Source: Sphaerodactylus townsendi (lineage: Eukaryota). Taken from it: a stretch of 64,000 nucleotides of DNA. A program made the position numbers and the translations under genes. Positions 36,812-48,100 of this stretch are shown here, piece by piece; position 1 is the first letter of the stretch, and every line of letters begins with the position of its first letter. The notes beneath the pieces are model-generated. The model saw only the letters and a program-made list of their open reading frames with translations, had not been told where the DNA came from and ran no database searches. The stretch spans positions 126,294,001 through 126,358,000 of the forward strand of contig NC_059426.1 of NCBI RefSeq assembly GCF_021028975.2, read 5' to 3'.

Positions 36812-37397
36812 CACACAAAAATGCACCGGGGGTTCCCAGGCCTGAACAGCCAGTCATGATGAAGCAAAGAGGGAAAAAAATTGTGTAAGGCAAGCTCATG
36901 TAACACGCAACAGAAACCTAATCCTCTGTAAGCAGATGCAACCAAGTTTAAGAATAGATGCACAGACATAAAAAAGAAAACTGGATGATACATTTGCTGT
37001 CAAAGTCAAACACAGACTACTTGATAGCAGCAGGGCAATTTGTGCTACTTTATTTTGGCAAGCGTTCTTTTTGTGTTACAAGTACTGTGCAACACCCTAT
37101 TACAGCTAGACTACCCCAGATCCTGTCTATTATATCTTGATTGGTTATCATGCCATTATTTTAAGAACTGCCAAGAATGCAAGCTGCACAGCAACTTTCA
37201 CAGTATCCTACTTATAAAAGCAAGGAGAAGGAGGGACCAAACATTACTGGCAATTCTTAACTGGACAAAATCTGTCCTCTCTACACCATCTGACATATTA
37301 TTGCTTATGTTTAGTTAATTCCTATCGAACATAACCTATTTAAGAATTGAGAAAGGGGGAAAGTTCCACCTCCAATTCCAACCACCGCTTTATGTTT

Positions 37398-37503
37398 AAA
37401 TATAAATCTTCTCAAGATAGTACCGTACTGATGCTGGCTCATGTGCCCAATTTTCCTCTGGAGCCAGCATCAGTACGGTACTATCTTGAGAAGATTTATA
37501 TTT
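37398..37503. repeat. Perfect 43-bp inverted repeat with 20-nt loop
   Basis: 37398-37440 is the exact reverse complement of 37461-37503. Confidence 0.95.
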
Positions 37504-38057
37504 TATCAAACCTCTGCTGGTTATTGAAGTCACAATTGACCTGATCTCTGCTTTCTGATATTTCAGATGAGAGAATGAAGTCTTTCTTCATGTCCCTTTT
37601 TTTGGTTTTCTTCTGAAGTGGTGTTACGTTGCTGTTCTTGGGAAGACCTCCAGTTTGCTTCCCTACTCTTATTCCACTGGCAAGTAATGATATGATGCTT
37701 TCATCTCCAGGGGGAACACTGAGCAACATACTAAAATGCCAGGATAATATGAGGAAAAAGTTGGCGACTGGGGCCAAAATGGAAAACATTAAATCAAATA
37801 AAGAAAGTACTACAGCAAAAATCACATAATGGCACAAGACCACACAGTATGAAGTGCCAACAGTCCCAGTAGTCTCTGATGAAACAGTACTAGCCTATCA
37901 AAAGCACACAATCTGTATAGAAAGATACAAACTCAAAGGTGGGAAAATTTTTTCTTATTTTCTATAAAGACTAATATGACCATACTTAAATAGATCAAGA
38001 GAACTGTAGCTCTGGAATCCAAACCAAACCCTAAAATTATAATAAGTTAAATTTCAA

Positions 38058-38285
38058 TGTATTGTCGAAGGCTTTCACAGCCGGAATCACTGAGGTGCTG
38101 AGTGGTTTCCCACCTGTATGACCGTGTTCTAGCAGCATTCTCTCCTGATGTTTCGCCTGCATCTGTGGCTGGCATCTTCAGAGATTTACCATCCTCTGAA
38201 GATGCCAGCCACAGACGCAGGCGAAATGTCAGGAGAGAATGCTGCTAAAACACGGCCATACAGCCCGGAAACCACACAGCACCCC
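38058..38285. mobile_element. Penelope-like inverted pseudo-LTR palindrome with hammerhead cores on both strands
   Basis: 13-bp TSD AGTTAAATTTCAA; CTGAAGA...GAAA cores on both strands. Confidence 0.85.
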
Positions 38286-39039
38286 AGTTAAATTTCAACT
38301 GCAAGAGGCATACAATTTGGAGCTAAGCAAACACTGGGCAATTATGATAATTGCAACCAGATGTCCCCTTGGTAAACTTGTATTGCTTGTAAAAGAAACC
38401 TGGGCATTTCAACGCTATGCCAATCATGCAACACCTCCCCAATACTTTGAGGCCCATGAGCCATTTCCCCCTTTCCCTGATCCATTCATGTATTTCATGT
38501 GCTTATACTCTTTCTCCCAGCATATTGAAGTTCTACATTCTTTTGGGGTTGATCTAGTTTGTTCTTTGATTTATTTTGTTTTACTTTGATTCTTTTAACA
38601 ATGCCCTCTACTTCTCCAACAACAACCTCCGCCTTAGGGATTTAACAATCTCTAAGTCACTTAGGGAGACTAATGTCCCTATACTGCTACTCAGTTGTTC
38701 TCAACATTCCATCCTTGCTAGAACATTTTCAGGCTGCATCAGTCCAACCTTTAAGGTTTTCCTTCTGTTAATATAATCAGCCATCTTTTTCTTTGAAGCC
38801 TCACATGCAGTGTCCATGGGCAGCCCTGCTGTGTTACTTGTATTGTCCATAGAGGAACCTCCCATTTTTCTACAAGATGTAGTAATTTTCCCAATACTCC
38901 TCCTGTAGCCTCTATCTTTTAGAAAAGCATTAGATGCAAATAATCATCAAGTTGTCCTGAATGAAGTTTGTCAATTTTACTGCTACATTTTGAATAAAGG
39001 AACTGATATGTTTCCAGAACACTCTCAGAAGTTTTCAAG

Positions 39040-39740
39040 AACATTAGGAGAGCCTTGCTGGATCAGACCAGTGGCCCTTATAGTCCAGCCTCCTTTTTCA
39101 TATAGCAGCCAATCCACTGTTCTGGAAGGCTAATGGACAGACCTCAAAGACCAAGCCTTCCCCGATCTTGCTTACCATCTCTGAACATAGATTCCCTTTT
39201 GGCTACTACAACTGATGCACCTGTCCTCCATGAATCTGCCCAATCCCCTTTTACAGGTATCTATGCTCTTAACCATCGCTACTTCCAATGGCAGTGAATT
39301 CCGCAATGTAATTACTCACTGAGTAAAGAACTGTTTCCTTTTATCTGCCCTATACCTATTGCCCATGAACTTCATTGGGTCTAGTATTATAAAATAGGGA
39401 GAAAAAATTCTCTCTATCCATTTCCTCCTCATGCATAATTTGATAAACCTCTACATGTCTTCCATAACCTTTTTTCTAAACTAGAATGCTCCAGAATCTT
39501 CTGCCTTCCCTCCTCAGAAAGGTGCTCAGAGACCTTGATGATTTCTCTCTTTTACACCTTTTCCAGCTCTGCAGTATCATTTTTGAGATACAGCAACCAG
39601 ACCGCCACACAGGATTCCCAACGGAGGCTGCACCATGGCTCTGTACAAGGCCGTTAGCAATATTTGCTATTCTATTTTCACTTCCTTTCCTAATAAGCCC
39701 CCACATTGAGTTTTTTCATCACTGCTGCAGACTGGATCAC
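39040..39740 (-). mobile_element. Old CR1 LINE 3' fragment
   Basis: Degenerate similarity to the CR1 3' ORF2/UTR seen at 42251-43068. Confidence 0.65.
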
Positions 39741-39903
39741 TGTCTTCTTTCTTCTCTGCTTTCCCCCAAACATTTCCAAAGTCACATGAAGAACAATCTC
39801 TTCTGAAAAGTAACCTATGCCAAGAGGGTAACTTGAAAGGAGCACCAGGGGCTTAACCTTTTCTCCCTATGTATGACAGATCACGAGGTGATAACCCTAA
39901 TGT

Positions 39904-40004
39904 CAGTGGTGGGATTCAGCAGGTTCGCACCACTTCGGCAGAACCGGTTGTTAAAATGGTGCTTGTAACCAACCAGTTGTTAAATTATTTGTATCCCACC
40001 ACTG
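39904..40004. mobile_element. hAT-type MITE
   Basis: TIRs CAGTGGTGGGAT; no clear TSD. Confidence 0.6.
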
Positions 40005-40199
40005 CATGGGATGGCAGGGCCCTGGAGCTCGGGTTGCCCACTTTCCTCCTTCTCTGTTGGAGTGATAACCCTTTCTCCTAGCTGAACACACAAAAAAAAA
40101 AATCCAAAAGCTAGAGACAATCAGAAGCAAATTAGAAAGACCATCAATCAGTCAAATCTACCAGCCCCGCGCTTCCCCAAGAAAAGCCCCCAGTCCTGT

Positions 40200-41400
40200 A
40201 AATACCACTTCCAGGGACCACGCAGTGAAGAATGTACCAACACCCTAACCTGCGCAGCCGCACTCTTGCTCCCATGCCTCTTACAGCAGTTGTTTTTATA
40301 TTAATACTTTGAAACAGGAAGGGGCGGAGGGAAAGAAGAGAACAGTATGGTCAGTTACGCAAAAGGCAAAATAGGTCTCTTCCGCCAGTCACCAAGATGT
40401 CGTGTTTAACTACACTGAACAGCCTCACGCGCTTTTTCAAAAGCGTCTAAAGCGGCAAAAAGAGTCTAGACACTTTCACTTCCGGTTCCGATTAGAACTT
40501 TCCCCGCAATGTGGGGGCAAGAACGGTAGAAATACATCTATGACTATGTGAAACAGCAAAGAATACAGGATTAGAGTCCCTATTCGTTACTGTGTTTTGA
40601 AGCAATCGTTCACTCCGGGTGCAGTTTACTCCATGCATTTAATAAAGTGGTACTAGTTGAATTTCTGCCCCTTAGAACACGGGATAAGGACCCTGCCCCA
40701 GTTATTTTCTCCTCTACTATTAAATTTAGGGTAAGCTTTCTCTTCACGGCTTCATTTGTAAAATTTCTGTTTGGTACGAGATTGAAAAGCATGAGAACTG
40801 TCGGAGGAAAAGGTCAACCTTGTCTAGCTTTTTTTATGCCATTAATATTTCTAAGCATTGCAACAAAGAACAGTCCCTGTTCTGCCTACGTTGAGACTGT
40901 TCCATTAATTCTTGTGTGATTTTACATCGCCTGCCCCGCAAATGGACACTTGTAATTGGAAACCGGACGTAGTGCCGAAGAAACCTAGATAGGTCCCCAT
41001 ACTCTTTAATCATAGAAGGAAAAGAGGAGATTGATTCTTTTTGCCGCCTATAGCAGCATAAAGCTGCGACATGTCCCCGCCTCTTTCCTGATTGGCCAGT
41101 TTGGGACAACAATAGAGCGAGTGTTCTGGCTGCCTTTTGTGACCCCTGAAAACCAAGGAAGGGGGTGGGGGGCGCAAAGTGGACGCCACCAATCCAGGTA
41201 GGGGAGGACCGGGGAAAGAAGAGTGGCGGGCCAATCTATGCGCGTGGAGACCTGAAGCGAGGGACTGGCCAAGTCCTGTGGAAGTCCGACAGGTGGGTCA
41301 GCCTTCCGGGCCACCAGGTAGGCTCTCCTGCCCTGGTCACTATTGCCCGAAATGCCGTTTTGGGTCTTGAAGTGCCCGTAGCCTGCAGTCCCAAGATCTG
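40200..41400. promoter_or_regulatory. Divergent promoter region of the PCMT1-like gene (-) and CCDC32 (+)
   Basis: Two CpG-enriched blocks; ETS-like CACTTCCGG (~40477); CCAAT boxes (~41091, 41189, 41232); GC boxes; candidate first-exon donors on both strands (40250/40285 minus; 41292/41317 plus). Confidence 0.6.
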
Positions 41401-41964
41401 CGGTTATTCTATTGAAGATGGCTGGTTCTGATTTCCTGTGTAGGTTTATTTATAATTCAACTCATTGAGTTGCCCCCACAAACCAAACCAGTCAATGGGA
41501 CTGTGGTTTATTGGATGGCAGTTTTTCAGGGGCTTTTGCAGACGATGAAATAAGTAGATAACTGTCTGCTATGTGACTGTCAAGGTATCTTTCTGAAATG
41601 CCAGATAATCTGTGACTGGTCCCTGTTTCTGCGAATGTAAACATTGTGCTATATGTGTAAATATATCTGTGAATGTTAGTAAAATCTGATAAAGTAGTCA
41701 TAGGTTGCCCATATTTGGAATTATGCATTCTGCCCCCATGGAGTTCTTCCCCTTCTATTGTTATCTCTGGCCAGTGGAGGAAGATGTATCTGTTTTGTCT
41801 AGAATTTCCTTGCTGACCTTCCTTCCTGTTTATGGGTTTTGCTTAATGATTATTATTGTTTTCCTACTAAATGTTTCACAAGCTGTTTTTAATGTTATTT
41901 TACTGTTTGCTATCTTGGAAACCCGAAGATGGGTGGAAAAGCAGCATAAAAATGTTCTGGATAA

Positions 41965-42160
41965 CATAGGCTAGTCTGATTGTATCAGATTGTAGAAGCA
42001 AAGCAGGATTGGCTCTTGTAAATTTGGATGGGAGACCACCAAGGAAATCAGGGGCGATGAGGCAGAAACAGGCAATGGCAAACCACCTCTAAACATCTGT
42101 TGCCTTGAAAACACTGTGGGGTCACCATAAGCTGTCTGTAACTTGATAGCAAACAAACAA
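41965..42160 (+). mobile_element. 5S-derived SINE with RTE-like tail
   Basis: GAAGCAAAGCAGGATTGG...TTGGATGGGAGACCACCAAGGAA, then GGCAATGGCAAACCACC...GGGTCACCATAAG. Confidence 0.6.
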
Positions 42161-42250
42161 TGCCCCCCCCCATGCATGTCATGTGTGAACTTTGATCAGT
42201 CTTATGTCTGATCAGGTATGTAAACTGGGGTCTGTCATGTCCTAACCAAG

Positions 42251-43068
42251 CATAAGAACATAAGAACATAAGAACATAAGAACTAGCCTGCTGGATCAGA
42301 CCAGAGTCCATCTAGTCCAGCATTCTGCTACTCGCAGTGGCCCACCAGGTGCCTTTGGGAGCTCACATGCAGGATGTGAAAGCAATGGCCTGCTGCTGCT
42401 GCTGCTCCTGAGCACCTGGTCTGCTAAGGCATTTGCAAAACCCAAAAACAGCTTGTGAAACATTTAGTAGGAAAACAATAATAATCATTAAGCAAAACCC
42501 ATAAACCTGGTCTGCTAAGGCATTTGCAATCTCAAAGAGGATCAAGATTGGTAGCCATAGATTGACTTCTCCTCCATAAATCTGTCCAAGCCCTTTTTAA
42601 AGCTATCCAGGTTAGTGGCCATCACCACCTCCTGTGGCAGCATATTCCAAACACCAATCACACGTTGCGTGAAGAAGTGTTTCCTTTTATTAGTCCTAAT
42701 TCTTCCCCCCAGCATTTTCAATGAATGCCCCCTGGTTCTAGTATTGTGAGAAAGAGAGAAAAATTTCTCTCTGTCAACATTTTCTACCCCATGCATAATT
42801 TTATAGACTTCAATCCCATCCCCCCTCAGACGTCTCCTCTCCAAACTAAAGAGTCTGCACGCTGCAGCCTCTCCTCATAAGGAAGGTGCTCCAATCCTTC
42901 AATCATCCTCGTTGCCCTTCTCTGCACTTTTTCTATCTCTTCGATATCCTTTTTGAGATGTGGCGACCAGAACTGAACACAGTACTCCAAGTGTGGTCGC
43001 ACCACTGCTTTATATAAGGGCATGACAATCCTTGCAGTTTTATTATCAACTCCTTTCCTAATTATCCA
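42251..43068 (-). mobile_element. CR1 LINE 3' fragment (young)
   Basis: [26 protein letters not shown]...; (CATAAGAA)4 tail; very similar to the copy at 28180-28928. Confidence 0.92.
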
Positions 43069-44861
43069 CAGCTATGCTATATTGTCAGTCCCACTGTTGT
43101 AATGTCATACCCATGTGCACTACCTGAATCCTGCCTGTACCTCCTATAGCCTCCACCATTTCTGCCTTGGCAAGGGTGTCTTGGTTGTTGGACTGATGTT
43201 ATGGAATGATCTACCTGAGAACATTCCATCAGTCCCAGTTTTGTCCAGAGACCTGTGAAAAGGTTCTGGAATCATAGAATCATAGAGTTGGAAGAGACCA
43301 AGAGCTATCAAGTCCAACACCCTGCCATGCAAGAATAAACAATCATTGTGTATTCAAGAATACAAGTCCTATTTCAGAGCGGTTTTTTAAAGTATTCTGA
43401 ATATTTTGGATTTTAGACTGTTTAATGTTTTATATGTGCCTGCTAGCACCTTATTGCAGTTTTGCATTTGCATTTGTTAGCCATCCAGAGTCTCCAGAAA
43501 AAAGCAAGTGTAAACACTGTGATAAATTAAAATGTTGGGGTTTAAAATGCATTTGGGACTTGGATTTGGCCTTTATTCACAATCATAGAATAGTGATTGA
43601 TCTGCGGTTTGTGTTTTTTTTGCCTGTGTTCATGCTGTAATGTGTACCCCTTTAGTGTTTGCCTGGTTATGCCTAGAGATGACATACTGGAATTGACAGA
43701 AGCAAATATAAATGTGTAATTCATAAAATGAAAAGCTGAGGACCAATTTTCCTTGCCTATACTTCACACAGAAGTGAAATGATGTTTGATGGGTCAGTCT
43801 GACAGTCTTCTCTTCAGAATATTCTGTGTGTCAGTTCCTTTGGGTTTAAAAAATAATACTTTACATTTCCATCAATGGTGTGATTTCCATACTTCAGAGC
43901 TGACCTCTTGTAGCTACAGTTCTACAGACCAGGTAAAGACGTTGTCTTTAGTCTCTGTTTATCTGATCTATAGTGACTTGATACTCACTGTAGACTGTAA
44001 AGCTTTCGTAAACTATAATCTTCTAGAAAAATAGGCATGTACACCCTGCACATGCCATCGTTTGACAAAAAATGTGGTTATCAGAGTAGGAAATTCTGAT
44101 TCGATGGAAGTGAAAGGCACCTATGCAAATTTTTCTGGACCCAGTTTTTATCAGTTTGTTTGCAAAGTGGAGTAAACTTAAAAACTGGTGTGACTGATCT
44201 ATAAACTATTTCAGAAGAATGTCTATCTATAAAGTTCAAGTAGTCTGGCTGTTGTGGGTTTTCCAGGCTGTGTAGCTGTGGTCTGACCACACATCCCAGA
44301 AAACTCACAAGAGCCACTTGATTCTGGCTGTGAAAGCCTTTGACAATACATTCTAGTAGTTTCATAAATAAGTAGATTAAAGAATTTAGTTTCAGTCTCT
44401 AATATACTTCTAGATTGTAAGGGTGTTTTAAAGCTAAAACTCTCCAATGCTGTAGAAGCTAGCCCTGTGTAGACTGATCACATGCATGGTTACTTAGAAG
44501 TAGGCATTCAAAATTCTGGCCAAGCTTATGAGCCATTGTGGTTTTCTAAGTTTTACAGAGGAAGAGAAACTGACTTCAGCGCCTACCCAGTTGTTGTTCA
44601 CCGCCCTGAGCCCTTCGGGGGAAGGGCGGTATATAAATCGAATAATACAATACAATACAATACAATACCTAAATGTGAGACATTTGATCCACTTTTTTTT
44701 ATTCTTAAGAAGTTTTTTCAGGGTCATTTAAGAAGTTAAACTTCTCATTCAAAACCTGAGAACTAAACATTTCCTGACTTCTTTTTGTGGGTTAAAAGAG
44801 GAAGAAAATTTGAACTGTCTGTTCATTAAAGCCACCTTATTTTTTTCAGGATTTCTCCATC

Positions 44862-45105
44862 ATGATAATGATTGAAAGTGTCGACTCAGTGGTCAGTATC
44901 TCCAGCCAGGACCTCTGGGCTGAAATCTGTTCATCTCTTCCACATCCAGAGCAGACTGAAGACTCAAGCAATGCATTTGCAGATTCCTTTACAGATTCTT
45001 ACTTTCACATAGAAAGCCAGAATGATGTAATGGACACCTCTTTTCAAGCCAACTTGAAGCCCTGGGCACCACTAAAAGATTCAGAGGTCTATTTGGCATC
45101 TTTAG
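44862..45105 (+). CDS. CCDC32: CCDC32 coding exon 1
   Basis: Acceptor at 44847-44849, ATG 44862, GTCAGT donor. Confidence 0.94.
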
Positions 45106-48100
45106 GTCAGTGATTCTCTTCGATTGTAGAGATTTGTGCAGTCTTTCAGAGAAGCATATTGCATGTAATTATTAATGTAACCTATGAATGAAAGTATTGT
45201 ATGTATGTCCTTGATCCCTCACAAGGTGTTAGTGCTGTAGAAAACTGAAAATTAATGCTGCATTTTAAAAAAAAAACATTTACTTGAAGGTAGTCCTCAA
45301 GTTGATGGAGTTGGTCTACAATAATGGGATGTGGACTACAAAAGTATTGCAGATTTTCCTGACCATCTCTTTCATCTAACCTTCTTGACCATCTCTTCCA
45401 CATATATGTATTTCGGATACTTTTAATATTTTAAATATAAAATATCATTTTTTAAAAAAATTGGAAGGAGCAGAGTAATCTATTCACTTCCCTCCAGACT
45501 TGTCAGAGACACTGTGTGTGTGTGAGAAAAAGAATCTTTAGGTTTTTAAGTTCTGTTTGATTTGTTCTTTGATAGAGTCTGGAATGGTATATGAGATCCT
45601 TCTGTCTAATATCTTGAGTTAAGAGGGAAAAATGCAATTTATCTTTCTCTGTTTAATGTCTAATTGGGACACAGCAACTTGAGTTTCCAAAAACTAGAAT
45701 TTTAAGATCTCCATGATATCGTTCTGCATGGAATAGCATCAGTTGATTCTTTTTCAGCTGTTGGCAGGCACCAAGTGAGCTGTGATTGAATCCCAGGATG
45801 CAATTCCACAACTTATAATAAGTGTAAATGGGGCTCTGATGTAAGGTCATATTGGGGTGTTGTGGGGTTTCTGGACTGGATGGCCGTGTTCCAGTAGCAT
45901 TTTCTCCTGATGCTTTGTGTATTTGTGGCTGGCATCTTCAGAGGATCTGATGGTAGTAAAGCAAGTGGAGTATATATACCTGCAGAATGTCCAGAGTGGG
46001 AGAAAGAACCATTTGCATTGGTTAACAAGTGTAAAGGGTGCAATTAGCAATTGTGATTTGCATGTGTTGAGTGGAATCCACCCATTTTAGCATATGCAAG
46101 TAACAATAAGGTTGAATAATCAATTAGCGACGGCATCTGCATAGTACCGTGGTGGCAAACCTTTGGCACTCCAATTGGCCATGCTTGCAGGGGCTGATGG
46201 GAATTGTAGTCCATAACATCTGGAGTGCCAAAGGTTCGCCACCACTGGCATAGTAGTTGCCTGGCATTTTAATCCGTTTGATTGTTTCCTGCCTGGAGAC
46301 ATCCTGTGTCTGGGTGGTGTTAACTAACCATTGTCTTGATTCTAGTGTTTTTAAGTACTAGTAGCCAAATTTTGTTCATTTTCATGGTTTCTTTCATTCC
46401 GTTGAAATTGTCCATGTGTTTGTGGATTTCAATGACTTCTCTGTGTAGTCTGACAGTGGTTGTCAGAGTGATCCAAGGAATAAGAGGTTCAAGGTTCACA
46501 TATTCATGCAATATGTGATTGGTATTTGAAATATGTTGCCACAGGAGGTGGTGATGGCTGCTAACCTGGATAGCTTTAAAAGGAGCGTGGATAGATTTAT
46601 GGAGGAGAAGTCAATTTTTGCCTACCAATCTTGATCCTCCTTGATCTCAGATTGCAAATGCCTTAGCAGACCAGGTGCTCAGGAGCAGCAGCAGCAGAAG
46701 GCCATTGCTTTCACATCCTGCATGTGAGCTCCCAAAGGCACCTGGTGGGCCACTGTGAGTAGCAGAGTGCTGGACTAGATGGACTCTGGTCTGATCCAGC
46801 AGGCTTGTTCTTATGTTCTTATGTCCAGAATCTCTGTGTTTTCAAATAACATTGTGTGTCCAGCTTGGTTTATCACGTGTTCTGCTATTGCTGATTTTTC
46901 TGGCTGAATTAATCTGCAATGCCTTTCATGTTTTTTGTAGTATGCAATGCCTTTCATTTTTTTGTGTCTGGGTGTTGCATTTCGTGGTCCCTATGTAGAC
47001 TTGTCCACAGCTGCACGGTACGCAGTAGACTCCTGCAGAGGTAGAGGAACCCTCTTATCCTTTGCTGAACGTTTGTTGAAATTTGTTGAATTTTCTTAGT
47101 GGGTCTGTAGATTGTTTGGAGGTTACGTTTCTTCATCAGTTTCCCTAAACAATCAGTGATTCCCTTGATGTATGGTAAAAACACCTTCCCCTTGGGTGGC
47201 TGTTTATCTTCATTCCTGTGGTTTGTTCTTGGTCTTGCAGCTCTTCTGATGTCTGTTGCAGAGTAACCATTAGCCTGTGGAGTCCATTGGTCTTGCAGCT
47301 CTTCTGATGTCTGTAGTAGAGTAACCATTAGCCTGTAGGGTCACATTCTTGATGTGGGATTTAGAATGGGAACACCAAGTAGACAGTGAAGGAAAAATCT
47401 CGATTCTGTTTGCTCTCTGACAAAACAGAACTGAGGGTGTAAAAGTGAAATCTCTGGATATCCTGTCATGGCAAAATGGATTCTTTCAGTGGTGTTTGCC
47501 GTTCATAGTAAGGGTAATCTAATAGTTTTAGCAGATAACCTCTTACTTTTAATCATCCATCTGTTTCCATTGTGTTCCAATAAGGCACTTTCCCCTTTCT
47601 TTCTTGTCTCTAGAGAGAAGACTGATGAGAATCAAGGGTTTATCTCAGGAAGTAACTTCCAAGGATATGCTGCATACCCTTGCTCAAGCCAAGAAGGAAT
47701 GTTGGGACAGGTTTCTGCAGGAGAAGTCTGAGTCTGACTATTATATGGAGGGAACGGAACCTGATGAGAGGTGATAACATGGCAGCAAGGGTCTGATTCA
47801 TACAGTGCCTTCAAATTGTACGCCTTAGGGCCATACAGCACCTCCTGTTGGAGATTTGTGACTAGATCCCCAGATTGTTCACACCAGTGGTGCCTGCATT
47901 TTTTTCTTCCTGTGAGTCTGATAGAAGCTTGCTGCATGTGTGTGATTTAGACAGCAGTCCTAATTTAGTCTACTCAGAGTCTTACTCAGGTTTATTAAAT
48001 GATGCTTACTCCTAGGAAGTGTTCTTAGGATCACATTTTTAAATGGGACTCTTTTTAAACACCTTCCCTCCCATCTCAAAGTGGCTGCTACTTAGCCTCC

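Larger units (their letters stand above)
45853..47340 (-). mobile_element. Penelope-like retroelement 3' fragment (degenerate RT C-terminus/GIY-YIG region plus pseudo-LTR)
   Basis: KVFLPYIKGITD.LGKLMKK.NLQTIYRPTKKI and REVIEIHKHMDNFN; ends in the same pLTR as the short palindromes. Confidence 0.82.

Noticed and set aside
36811-40275. Possible uORF (ATG 40275, spliced at 40250) whose TGA overlaps the signal-peptide ATG (TGATG)
   Set aside because: It depends on an unverified first-exon donor. The competing GTAAGA donor at 40284 would make that ATG intronic.
40200-41400. ER stress element (CCAAT-N9-CCACG) in the PCMT1-like promoter
   Set aside because: I checked the CCAAT boxes and CCACG I could see; none has the required spacing.
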